From positions 14,632,001-14,696,000 of the forward strand of contig OZ024743.1 of assembly GCA_964016885.1 (NCBI GenBank): a stretch of 64,000 nt of DNA. Reading direction: 5' to 3'. This DNA comes from Eledone cirrhosa. Its lineage: Eukaryota. The position numbers were made by a program, and so were the translations under genes. The notes beneath the pieces are model-generated. The model made no database searches, was not told the origin of the DNA, and saw only the letters and a program-made list of their open reading frames with translations. Positions 52,601 to 64,000 of this stretch are shown piece by piece; the stretch's first letter is position 1; each line of letters opens with the position of its first letter.

Positions 52601-54640
52601 CGATGCATAATAGAGATGATTTAAATCAGTAATGTTTAGTTTGTTTGTGGTGATAATGTTTTTGAGAATTATGTTAGTCTTATGTATTATCTTTTGGTTC
52701 TGTTTGGAGTTCTGGATCTTAGGGAGGGTGTCTCGTTTCCCCATGTCAGATTCTTTCATTTTCATCCATTCGATCAGAATTTCATCCTTCAAGTTGACAA
52801 GTTCATTCTCATTCATTTCTTTATCATTTACGATCTCATTATTTTCATTTGGAGTTTCATCTTGAGCATGCACTCCCTCCACTTTTTCGATCCTTTCTTT
52901 AATTTGTTCTGTTGCCAGTGATCCGCCCCAACCCTGGGTTTCGAAGTGTTACAATTTAGCTCGTTTTCACTGACACATGTTTCATTTTCCCTTCGCTGAC
53001 TTTGTGCTAATAGCTTGATCTGATCAATTTCTATATCAGTTAGTAACTTTTTTTTAACAATATTTCTTCGTATATTGGCTAGTTTGTTACCGTCAATATA
53101 GCCTCTGTTTTCGGGATGTTTCTTTTTCCAGTTGATATATGTCTGTTCTGTATTCGATGTATTTGATGGGTAGTACATGGCAGTGTAGAAAGCCTCAAGG
53201 ACTCCTTTATTATCTTCCCTTGACCATTTTTCTCTCTTTTTCTTTGGATTTCTTGGTGGTGAGCATGGAGGGCCAACAGTAGGCGTATTCCGGTTATGGG
53301 AGGTCTCCAGCTCCAAAGTGATGAGAAGGTTTGAACCATTAGCTGATTTTTCGACCCCAGTCTGGTTCCTCTCTGAGGGACGCGGCCCTTTTTTACCCGG
53401 GTGACGGCCAATCCGGTATGAGATTTTATCATTAGACATTTACTTTATTTTGTCGCGTTTTATCCTTATCCGCCAAGGGGAAATCATTTCGTGTTACCAC
53501 TTCTAGAACGAGTGTCAACCAAGACTAGAGGGGCCGTTCTCCCCTAGAGACACGGCTATTCCCCGCCGGCCGCCATCCCGGTATTTCTTGGTCACGTGGT
53601 TTTCTTTTTGTTGTTTTTTTTTAAATTGTTATTATGATGAGTGGTTCCTTAATGTGAGCATTGCGTGGCTTAACAATGAAATTATTAATAATTGTCTCCA
53701 CTCCAGGCACAAGGCCAGCAATCACCCAGTGCATTACAATAATATAATATACTTTTTGCTGAAGTTGCCTGTTATTGTTGTTGGCTATGTCGGTAGTGGT
53801 GCTGAGGCTTTTTATATTGTTGGTGAGGAAGGGGGGAGCCAGCAGTGCCATAGTTGTTGACGTTTGGCCGGTGGCCAGGTCACTAAGTCAATCTATTTAT
53901 ATCTTTTGCTAGCCTCTCCCTTGTCTAGTGATACCGCCACCTTCCCCTTTCTTAAGTTAACAGGGGAATAGTGGTGGTAGCAATGAATGAGTGGTGGCGG
54001 CGGTGATGGGATAGTGGTAGCAATGATGGATGGAGTGGTGGCGGCGGTGGCGTTGTCGTTACTGAGTTTTGTGATATGTAGTATCTATGAGTTTGTGTCG
54101 CGTATGTTTAATATATGTGTTAAATAAACTAGTTTTGTTTGATCTGTAGTATCTATGTGTTTGTGTCGCGTATGTTTAATATATATTGTGTTGACATATT
54201 CCCGTAAAATTGGAATTAAACATTTTGTTAAAACTTGAGACAATAATAATAGTAATTATTATTATTATGATGCTGGGATTGGTGGTGGTGGTGGTGAAAT
54301 TGCCGTTATCTGGCTGTTATATTTAGTGTAATGGGGTAGGTGGTGTATCAAGTTTCTGGTGTTGGTGAAATTGCTGTTATTTGGCTGTTCTATATAGTGT
54401 AGACAGAGTGTGTTTTCTTCCATTTATAACCATTTTCTTTTTTGAATACAAAATATATAATACAAAATTGAATATTTGAGCGATATAACAATATAATGTG
54501 GATCCGAAATTTTATGAGGCTTGATTCGGTGGTTTATGCATCATTTGTACTAAGAATTGTTATTTCACAATTGGTTTAATATGTTAAAAATCAAAAACTT
54601 ATGGGAGCAATTTCATGACCTTCTACCACCATGTGCGTCT
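49666..54640 (-). mobile_element. R4/Dong-like D2, full-length frameshifted copy
   Basis: ORF pieces from 53439 (MSNDKISY) to about 49810; about 1.2-kb leader shared with the next copy. Confidence 0.93.
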
Positions 54641-54656
54641 TCTTCTTCTTCTTCTT

Positions 54657-54721
<65 letters not shown>

Positions 54722-54722
54722 G

Positions 54723-54762
<40 letters not shown>

Positions 54763-54768
54763 TTATTT
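54638..54768 (+). repeat. Compound (CTT)n(TTA)n microsatellite
   Basis: Read directly. Confidence 0.97.
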
Positions 54769-54769
54769 A

Positions 54770-54963
54770 GGGCGGTGGATTGGCAGTATCGGTAGTGAGT
54801 CGGATACCATGCTTTGAAGCATAGAGTTTCGACCCTTCATTATCTGAGTTCAAATCCCGCCGAGGTTAACTTTGCCTTTCATCCTTACGGGCTCGATAAA
54901 ATAAAGTACCAGTAATGTACTGTTTAATTGCTGGCCAAAAAATTGGGCCAAAAATAGGAACAA
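54770..54963 (+). mobile_element. tRNA-derived Meta-core SINE embedded in (TTA)n
   Basis: GGCGGTGGATTGGCAGTATCGG (A box), GAGTTCAAATCC (B box), Meta-like core; (TTA)n on both sides. Confidence 0.88.
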
Positions 54964-54983
54964 TTATTATTATTATTATTATT

Positions 54984-57900
54984 TGCATTTATCTTGCTTT
55001 ATGTTTATACGAGTTATCACCAAGTCACAACCAGTGACCTCAAGAGACAACAAGGTCCGCCATGTTCAAGAAAGAACACACATATTCACACATGCATCCT
55101 TAGTGTTTAGACTTGTGATGTACTTATATTGACAGGATCTTCCTTAGTATATGGGCAGTTCCCATTAGTACTATCTTTTGTATTTCTCCTATACGCGGGT
55201 TTCCTGGGATTTGCGATAAGTAGTCGTTAGACCCCTTAGGTATCATTCCCAGAGCGCCTACAACCACTGGTATTGTTTTAGTTCTCAATTTCCACATTTT
55301 TCCAATTTCTATCTCCAGGTCCTTATACTTGCTCAATTTTTCAAATGTTTTTATAGATACATTCTTGTCTATTGGAACAGACATATCAATTAGCAGGCAT
55401 ACCCTCCTTTGAAAGTCCTTCAATATTATATCAGGTCTATTTGCATCTATTTTTCGGTCTGTTTGGATGCTAAAGTTCCACAAGATTGAGATGTGATCTT
55501 TTTCAAGTATGGGAGGTGGTTGATGCTCCCACCAATTCTTTTGATAGGGCAGGTCAAAATGCTTACACATTATCCAATGTATGTATTGTGCAGCTCTGTC
55601 ATGCCTGTTTAGGTATTCGGTTGGAGCTATAGGACTGCACATTGAAATTATATGGTCAATGGTCTCTGGTTGTTTTTTGCATACACGGCATAATGGGCTG
55701 CACCCATTTTTTATTATGTTGGCTTGGTAATTTTTTGTTGGCAGACACTGATCTTGTGCGGAGATAATCAGTCCTTCAGTCTCCGATTTCAGTCCAGAAG
55801 ATGCCAACCACTGATGGGTTAAAGTTTTGTCAACATCAGGATTGTTAGCTCGCTCTGGGTATTTTCCATACAGAGGCTTTTCTTGCCATTTCTTAGCCAG
55901 TTTCTGTAGCAGTTCTTTCTTTGCAGTTACTTTTACCTGCTTTGCTTTTTCTGTGTTTTCCATTTCAGCAGTAAATGGGACTTCTGAAATTTGTAGTCCA
56001 TTACTGTATCTTTGTGCATCTTTTGTAATGGAATATGATCTTTTGGTGCTTTCGTGTTTCAAAACGAGTTTGATCATCCAATCATGTGATTCCCTTAGAT
56101 ATGTGGATAATCCAATTGTTGCAGTTTTCAACGCAATGTCTAACTGGATTAACCCACGTCCTCCTTCTTTCCTAGGGAGATATATTCTATCTATGTCTGC
56201 CTTAGGGTGATGCATTCTGTGCATGGTTAAGAATTTTCGGATTTTTGTATCGAGCCTACGGATCTCTGTGCTTGACCAGTTGATGACATTGTAACTGTAG
56301 GTTACTACTGGTATGGCAAGCGTGTTTATGGCATCGATCCTATTCCTTGCATTCAATTCCGTTCTTAAGATTGCTCTGACTCTGCGGTAACATTCCTTCC
56401 TTATCCTTTCCCTCATTGTCGAGTGCTTGATTCCGTCTCCTTCACAAACACCTAGATATTTGTAAGTTTGTTCTTGATCAAGCTCTCTTATCACGTTCCC
56501 CCGATCAAGATTAATGTCTGAACTCTTCAGCAGCTTTCCTCTGGTGAACGTTGCTTTGGCGCATTTATCCAGTCCAAACTCCATTTTAATGTCATCACTG
56601 AACTGCTTCACAGTGGATAATAGCCCTTGCAATTGTTCATCATTTTTTGCGAATAGTTTCAGGTCATCCATGTAGAACAGGTGATTAATGGTTTTGTCAT
56701 AGACTCTATATCCATGTTTTGTTTCATTGAGCATTTTACTTAATGGTATAAGTGCGATGCAGAATAAAAGCGGTGATAAAGAGTCACCCTGAAAAATTCC
56801 ACAATTAATGTTAACTTCTCCAGCTTCCAGTGATTTTGTTTCACTATTCAAAAGGAGTGTCGTTCTCCATGTCCTCATACTGAATGACAAAAACCTCCTG
56901 ACAACGGGGGATATTTTGAAAATCTCTAAACATTTTTCAATCCAACTGTGTGGCAAACTATCAAATGCTTTTTTATAATCTATCCAAGCAATCGATAGAT
57001 TTTTGTGTCTATTAAGACAATCTTCCAGTATCATTTTGTTAACCAGAAGCTGATCCTTACAGCCATATGAGCCTCGTTTACACCCTTTCTGCTCAATGGG
57101 AAATAGGTCATTTGTTATCAGGTGGTCATATGTGTATTCAGTTAGGACTGATGTTAAAATTTTATACATTGTGGTCAAGCAGGTTATCGGTCTGTAATTT
57201 TTGGGATTGTTTGTCTCATCATTCTTCGGTAGCAGGAATGTAATGCCGTTAACTAGCCATGATGGTATCTTTTCTGGCTCCTTAACTATTTCATTGTAAA
57301 GTTGGGCCAACAGCTCATGAGACTCTGTGAAGGCATTTATCCAAAAGTTTTGTATTTTGTCTTTTCCTGGGGATTTCCATTTGCTGGTTTTTCTTAGAGC
57401 CAAGCGCAGCTGTTCAACTGTTATATTTTCCCATGTTTGTTCTTCAAGGTGAGCTGTTTCTTTCATTTGTCTGTCTATCCATGGGGCATGTATGTTATGA
57501 ACTTTTTCTTCGGCCCAGATCTTTTCCCAGAATTCTTGCACTTCCTCCTTGGGTGGTATTGATTTAGCAGTTATTGTTGACTTACCAATTTTTCTGTAGA
57601 AGTTTCTTTGGTTGTTTTTGAACATATTATTGTCCTTATAGAATCTAGATCGTTTTTCAAAGCGCCTTATACGAGCAGCTTTGGCCGACACTTTTTGCTT
57701 GATTGTTTCTATCAGCATGTCTATGTCACATGTTGATCTTATACTGTACTTTTTTTTCAATTTTCTAAGTTTAGTTTGTTTAACATGTTCACCTACTTTA
57801 TAGTTTGTTAAAATTTCTATGTCAGATCGGAGAAGGTTTATTTGGCGATTGATGTTATCTTGCCAAGTAGATTTCTTGTGGGAATTCCTTTGTTTTTTCA

Positions 57901-59897
57901 TCTTCACTCCACATAAGTGAGTGGTGACTTTAGCCGATGCATAATAGAGATGATTTAAGTCAGTAATGTTTATTTTGTTTGTGATGATAATGTTTTTGAG
58001 AATTATGTTAGTCTTGTGTATTATCTTTTGGTTCTGTTTGGAGTTCTGGATCTTAGGGAGGGTGTCTCGTTCCCCCATGTCAGTTTCTTTCATTTTCATC
58101 CATTCGATCATAATTTCATCCTTCAAGTTGGCAAGTTCATTCTCATTCATTTCTTTATCATTTACGATCTCATTATTTTCATTTGGAGTTTCATCCTGAG
58201 CATGCACTCCCTCCACTTTTTCGCTCCTTTCTTTAATTTGTTCTGTTGCCAGTGATTCCGCCCCAACTCTGGGTTTCGAAGTGTTACAGTTTACCTCGTT
58301 TTCACTGACACGTGCTTCATTTTCCCTTCGCTGACTTTGTGCTACTAGCTTGATCTGATCAATTTCTATATCAGTTAGTAACTTTTTTCTTACAATATTT
58401 CTTCGTATATTGGCTAGTTTGTTACTGTCAATATAGCCTCTGTTTTCGGGATGTTTCTTTTTCCAGTTGATATATGTTTGCTCTGTATTCGATGTATTTG
58501 ATGGGTAGTACATGGCAGTATAGAAAGCCTCAAGGACTTCTTTATTATCTTCCCTTGACCATTTTTCTCTCTTTTTCTTTGGATTTCTTGGTGGTGAGCA
58601 TGGAGGGCCAACAGTAGGAGTATTCCGGTTATGGGAGGTCTCCAGCTCCGAAGTGATGGGAAGGTTTGAACCATTAGCTGATTTTTCGACCCCAGTCTGG
58701 TTCCTCTCTGAGGGACGCGGCCCTTTTTTACCCGGGTGACGGCCGATCCGGTATGAGATTTCATCATTAGACATCTACTTTATTTTGTCGCGTTTTATCC
58801 TTATCCGCCAAGGGGTAATCTTTTCGTGTTACCACTTCTAGAACGAGTGTCAACCAAGACTAGAGGGGTCGTTCTCCCCTAGAGACATGGCTATTCCCCG
58901 CCGGCCGCCATCCCGGTATTTCTTGGTCACGGGGTTTTATTTTTGTTGTTTTTTTTTAAATTGTTATTATCATGAGTGGTTCCTTAATGTGAGCATTGCG
59001 TGGCTTAAGAATGAAATTATTAATAATTGTCTCCACTCCAGGGACAAGGCCAGCAATCACCCAGTGCATTACAATAATATAATATACTTTTTGTTGTAGT
59101 TGGCTGTTATTGCTGCTGGCTATGTCGGTGGTGGTGCCGGGGCTTTTTATATTGTTGGTGAGGAAGGGGTGAGCCAGCAGTCCCATAATTGTTGATGTAG
59201 ACGTTTGTCCGTGGCAAGGTCACCAAGTCAATCTATTTATATCTTTTGCTAGCCTCTCTCTTGTCTAGTGCTACCACCACCTTCCCTTTTCTCTCTCAAG
59301 TTAACAGGGGAATAGTGTCAGTAGCATTGAATGAGTGGTGGCGGCGATGATGGATGTGGTGGAATGGTGGCAGCGGTGGTGTTGTGGTTACTGATATAGT
59401 ATCTATGAGTTTGTGTTCGTATGTTTAATATATATTTTCATTATATTTTGTGTTGACATATTCCCGTAAAATTTGAATTAAACATTTTTTTAAATTTGAG
59501 ACAATAATAATAGTAATTATTATTATGATGCCGGTGAAGTTGCCGTTATATTTAGTGTGATGGGATAGGTAGTGTATCAAGTTTCTGGTGTTGGTGAAAT
59601 TGAAATTGCCGCTGTTCTATATAGTGTAGACAGAGGGTGTTTTGTTCCATTTATAACCATTTTCTTTTTTTGAATACAAAATATATCATACAAAATTGAA
59701 TATTTGAGCGATACAACAATATAATATGGATACAACAATATAATATGGATCCGAAACTTTATGGGACCTCATTCGGTGCCTTTATGCAACATTTGTGCTA
59801 AGAATTGTTCTTTCACAATTGATTTAAATATGTTAAAAATCAAAAAACTTACGGGAGCAATTTCGTGACGTTCTACCACCTCGTGCGTCTTCTTCCC
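54984..59897 (-). mobile_element. R4/Dong-like D2, full-length apparently intact element
   Basis: About 1.1-kb leader, intact ORF, about 140-bp 3'UTR; (TAA)n on both sides on the element strand. Confidence 0.95.
55124..58774 (-). CDS. RT-zinc finger-restriction-like endonuclease polyprotein (1216 aa)
   Basis: Uninterrupted ORF; WKSPGKD, YRPITCL, DYKKAFDS, GIFQGDSLSP, YMDD, YKYLG, GGRGL, CRVC..H....C, RHD, RPD..LIDMSVP..KLSKY. Confidence 0.95.
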   Translation of the reverse strand: MSNDEISYRIGRHPGKKGPRPSERNQTGVEKSANGSNLPITSELETSHNRNTPTVGPPCSPPRNPKKKREKWSREDNKEVLEAFYTAMYYPSNTSNTEQTYINWKKKHPENRGYIDSNKLANIRRNIVRKKLLTDIEIDQIKLVAQSQRRENEARVSENEVNCNTSKPRVGAESLATEQIKERSEKVEGVHAQDETPNENNEIVNDKEMNENELANLKDEIMIEWMKMKETDMGERDTLPKIQNSKQNQKIIHKTNIILKNIIITNKINITDLNHLYYASAKVTTHLCGVKMKKQRNSHKKSTWQDNINRQINLLRSDIEILTNYKVGEHVKQTKLRKLKKKYSIRSTCDIDMLIETIKQKVSAKAARIRRFEKRSRFYKDNNMFKNNQRNFYRKIGKSTITAKSIPPKEEVQEFWEKIWAEEKVHNIHAPWIDRQMKETAHLEEQTWENITVEQLRLALRKTSKWKSPGKDKIQNFWINAFTESHELLAQLYNEIVKEPEKIPSWLVNGITFLLPKNDETNNPKNYRPITCLTTMYKILTSVLTEYTYDHLITNDLFPIEQKGCKRGSYGCKDQLLVNKMILEDCLNRHKNLSIAWIDYKKAFDSLPHSWIEKCLEIFKISPVVRRFLSFSMRTWRTTLLLNSETKSLEAGEVNINCGIFQGDSLSPLLFCIALIPLSKMLNETKHGYRVYDKTINHLFYMDDLKLFAKNDEQLQGLLSTVKQFSDDIKMEFGLDKCAKATFTRGKLLKSSDINLDRGNVIRELDQEQTYKYLGVCEGDGIKHSTMRERIRKECYRRVRAILRTELNARNRIDAINTLAIPVVTYSYNVINWSSTEIRRLDTKIRKFLTMHRMHHPKADIDRIYLPRKEGGRGLIQLDIALKTATIGLSTYLRESHDWMIKLVLKHESTKRSYSITKDAQRYSNGLQISEVPFTAEMENTEKAKQVKVTAKKELLQKLAKKWQEKPLYGKYPERANNPDVDKTLTHQWLASSGLKSETEGLIISAQDQCLPTKNYQANIIKNGCSPLCRVCKKQPETIDHIISMCSPIAPTEYLNRHDRAAQYIHWIMCKHFDLPYQKNWWEHQPPPILEKDHISILWNFSIQTDRKIDANRPDIILKDFQRRVCLLIDMSVPIDKNVSIKTFEKLSKYKDLEIEIGKMWKLRTKTIPVVVGALGMIPKGSNDYLSQIPGNPRIGEIQKIVLMGTAHILRKILSI

Positions 59898-59974
<77 letters not shown>
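59898..59974 (+). repeat. (TTA)n microsatellite between the diverging D2 and Tx1 5' ends
   Basis: Read directly. Confidence 0.98.
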
Positions 59975-62900
59975 GGCGTCCTAAGTAGGAAGTCGTATCA
60001 TCGTGAGCTCCGCAAAGGTTTGTTGTTTTCAGTTGTTGCAAATTGCCATTTTTGGAAAATCTTTGTTGTTAAGTGTTTATAATGTCACAAAATTTGCTTT
60101 CGAAAAAGGACACTCAAAAAGATTGAGGGCTTGAACCCAAAATTTAAACTTTTATAATTATCAAAGAACAAATCATGGACGACTCACAGCTACACCAAAC
60201 AGCTGAGAGCCTTCCTCACAAACTAACACCTCACACCAACATAACGATTGTAAATATTACTAATTTTGCCAACACTAAAAATATATGCAGTAACAATAAT
60301 TTTAATTTGTCTCATGCAGGCATTCATTTCCCGCCATAAACAAAAGAAAAAAATTAATTATCTCGTGACATCGAAATGGATTCATCCAGAATCAACTCTT
60401 CCATACCGAACACCACTGACGCCACCACCACCACAAATAAAACTAAAAATAACAATAACAACAACAGCAACAACAACAATGACAATAACAACAAAAACAT
60501 CAACACCACCGTGTCGTTTGCCAAAGCAACCAAAAGATGCGAAGCAATCCAGGTAACTCAGGAGGAATTAGATGAAGCCAAGAGAATGGTAAAGAAAGAT
60601 GGGTACAGGGTCAGCCCCCCCCCCCCCACACACACACCTAATAAAATGGAGCATCGGCGCCTATGCATCGTGTCTTATCGGACGATTAACATATAATCGC
60701 GCTGAGTGGAACGGGAATCCGAGTCCCAAATCCAGAACGCTTTGGGACATGTGTGGGCGAAAAAAACCCACATCAGACGTGGCCAGAAATACGGAACCGT
60801 TGACGTGTTCTTTGGAACACCACATGAGGCCAGAGAACACTCCATGGTCCCATTAAGAAGTGACGACTTCACACACGTCCCAAGCTATTGTGGCCAGAGA
60901 CTCGTAAAGATCAGGGTGACCCACGTTCCACCGGTCATCGAAGTTCCCTGGTTAATAGTTGCCGTCCTGGCCGGCATCGAGGCCAACACCAAAATAATCG
61001 AAATAGCAAAAGGAAAGCAGGAGAACTGGTCCAGATATGGGATGGAGCTCTGATCCAAGCGGACAAAAAAGCATTGAGAAGATCCCAGAGGTAATAGACC
61101 TCATTGACGGCAGCCACCTCACCGTAATCATCGAGAGTAGAAGGCCTAGGTGTGTCGTTTGTGGTGAAGGAACCCACCTAAGGGCTTTCTGCCCTCAGGC
61201 TAAAAAGTTGAGGCCACCTCTCTTACCCACCCCATTGACTGAACCATCAACACCACCAGCAGCAGAAATCGCAGCAGTAACTGTAGTAGCAACAACAGAA
61301 GCAACTGGAAAAGCAACAACCCCGGCAACTGTAGCAAAACCAAAACCACCACCACCCAACGTTGCAGAACTGGAACCAGTGCCTACACCATCCACCACAC
61401 CACAACCAAAACCAACGCCAGTGGAGGTTTTTCCACTCCCCGACCTATCGTAACTGGAAACAGATTGTGAAGACGAAGAGTGGGAAACGGTATCAGGAAA
61501 AAAGAAAAAAAGAAAAAGAAACCAAAAAAGAAAAAAAATCCTCTTCCTTCCCCCTCCAAAAAAAAAAAATACAGAGGGAAACAAATAAACTATGAAACAA
61601 AAAAGTTAGGACAGCTATGCCACCAGCCACTTCAGCATCACCAACCCCATCAGCACAAACACCAACACCATCACCATAATTAACACTAACACCACCATCA
61701 CCAACACCACAAAAGTCACCAAAAAGCGCAACAGAAACAAACCCACAACAAACGCAAACAAAACAAAACAACCAAAACGATACACACTACACAGCATTAA
61801 ATTTGAACAACAACCAATTATTACACTACATCCAACACAACACAACACAAGCATCACAGGAAAAGGCTACACAACATCCCAAAAGTTCACACCACCTTCA
61901 CACATACAAATCACTCGCATCACACAGAAAACGTACACGACACTAAAACAAAAATTCCCCAAAGACATCGGAGACTTCCGACAAACACTCTCCAGGAGGA
62001 TTTATAAGGACATCCTTCCGGAGGAGGCCACAAGCAGTGAAAAGGATGGACAAACCATCCTTCCTCTACGAGAAGTAAGGTAAGTGGTCTTTCCCATCTT
62101 TTCCACTCCATTTCAACATAACCTCACTCAGAATAGGCAGCATAAAGGCGCGTGGGTGGAGTCGTCATGGAAGCAAGGCCACCTGCTCAACGACCTCAGG
62201 TCAATAAACATAGATGTAGTGGCCATCAGCGAGGCCAGAATCTTCGAAGCTCGGGTATCTCACCGATCTTCGGCAGCTAAGATGGGTACGCATCTCCCAG
62301 CCGTCCTGGATCGGGGGGGGGGGAGTTGCTAGCTTTTTTGGAGAGGTTTGGATATCGCCATACGGGCCATCTTCCTGGACCCAGAAGGTTAGTTGGTGAT
62401 GCAGGACGTGACGAGTGAGGACCGGCAAGTTTTCAGTCTAGTGGCCATCTATGCCGCTACAGGAGCAGGGCGGCTTGATTTCTTCCGGCGTCTAGAGACC
62501 TTTCTAGGAACGCCCCTTCTCTAATGTGTTAGTGGGCGACTGGAACGGGATCTTCGATGCACGCTGGAACTGTGTGGGATTAGCGGATAGGGGAGGTGTG
62601 TGAATGAGCCTCATAAACCTGCTAAGGCTTATTGAATTGTCTGACAGATACCGATTGGATTTCCTGAATGTGCCAATGTGGACTTGGACAAACCGAATCG
62701 GGTCATCCAGATCACATCTAGATAGAGTATTTTGTAGGGAAATAGATTGGTCTAGCATAGGCTGTCCACAATTTAAGATAGTCAACTACACGGACAAAAA
62801 ATTCGTGATCTGTGTGCTTGATTTAGATAGGCTTCATAGACGAGGACACGGCTAGGGGAAGCTAAAAGCGTCCTTACCAGCTCGCAAGGCCTACAGAGAC

Positions 62901-64000
62901 CGGATTAGCGAACTAGTTAAGCGGGCGTTGACGAGGACCATCGTCAACAACAAGTGGTGGTTTAGTCTGAAAAGATCTATTAGTATAGAGTCCATTAGGC
63001 TTAGTACGGCTTTAGCAATAGAGAAAAATAGAGCAGAGGGAGTACCAGTTAGAACATAAGACAAGGCACTTAGCAAAGGCATCGCGACCGACATACTTGC
63101 GGCGGAATTGGCCCTTGACCAATGTTTCAATGCAAAGCACGAAGGCTGCGTTGTCAGAGCTTGGGTGCGTGCTCTCAGACATGAGGGGACGAAAGCGGTT
63201 CAATAGGCTCGAGTGGCGGAGCCGCGTCGTGGCAACAAAGCCAAGCTCCGGTCTCTGGTGGACCACGACGGGCGCATGCTACACGATCCAGGGCAAATGT
63301 GTGAAGCTTTTCAGCGACTCTTCGCTCAGATGTTGTGGGGCAGCGGCGGGCCGGATAGAGGGATGGACTTTAGTGCCTACCTCGGCGGAATGCCGCGGCT
63401 CACGGCCACTGAGGCGGAGCGACCGAAAAATCAATAACAGCCGCTGAAGTACGGGAGGCAATGACTAGCTGCACAAGGGGTAAATCGCCGGGTTTGGATG
63501 GTCTGCCCTATGGACTTTACGTACAGATGCTAGACTTGTTCAGAGGCCTCTTGGCGGACGTCTACTGTAATTGGCAACAAAACGGGATAATTCCCAGCTC
63601 TGTGAGCCGAGGAGCGGTGGCCCTGCTGAGAAAGGATCCGAACAAGGGGAATAACATAGATAATTTCAGGCCCATATCTCTGCTTAACACAGAGTTCAAG
63701 ATTTTGGCGAAGGTGCTAGCAAAGAGGTTGGCGCTTGTCGTTGGTGGTCTGGTGGGAGAGGCGGAGACATGCGCCATTCCCGACAGATCCATACATGACA
63801 ACCTCCATCTCATGCGATACATCGTGGAGAGGGTAGCTAGGGAACATTGCACGAGTGTGTCCTTGATCAATTTAGATAAGCCGAAACCTTTCGATAGGGT
63901 CGACCTTCGTTTCCTAGCGGCAGTCATAAGGCAGCTGGCTTTGGGCTCGTCTTTCAACATCATGCGCTCGGTCCACCAAGAATGTCCCCTCTCGTCCCTC
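59975..64000 (+). mobile_element. L1/Tx1-like T-A copy 3 (degenerate; runs off window end)
   Basis: 5' GGCGTCCTAAGTAG follows (TTA)n; CVVCGEGTHLRAFC; APE and RT fragments with many stops and frameshifts. Confidence 0.92.

Noticed and set aside
58775-59897. HDV-like ribozyme expected in RLE-element leaders
   Set aside because: Local stems exist, but I could not assemble the P1/P1.1/P2/P3 pseudoknot with a catalytic C

Overview
Eukaryotic, AT-rich, microsatellite-rich animal DNA; the SINE type and repeat landscape suggest a mollusc or cephalopod (inference only). I can support no host gene. About 80% of the window is two nests of non-LTR retrotransposons (1-33.9 kb and 45-64 kb) built on (TAA)n/(TTA)n microsatellites and separated by about 11 kb of AT-rich spacer. 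The nests hold: (i) two families of single-ORF RT + CCHC + restriction-like endonuclease elements of R4/Dong type (D1 and D2), with one D2 copy carrying an intact 1216-aa ORF and one D1 copy broken by a single stop; (ii) two-ORF L1/Tx1-like APE-RT elements in two variants (T-A, T-B) that share ORF2 but have different 5'UTR/ORF1; (iii) tRNA-headed Meta-core SINEs. RLE elements always read along the (TAA)n strand and Tx1-like elements along the (TTA)n strand, in both nests. Other notable signals: a conserved 51-53 nt candidate GT-AG mini-intron that would fuse Tx1 ORF1 and ORF2 in frame, a type I hammerhead ribozyme in an inverted repeat within (TA)n, a SINE tail captured in the D2 leader, and a probable gene-conversion tract.
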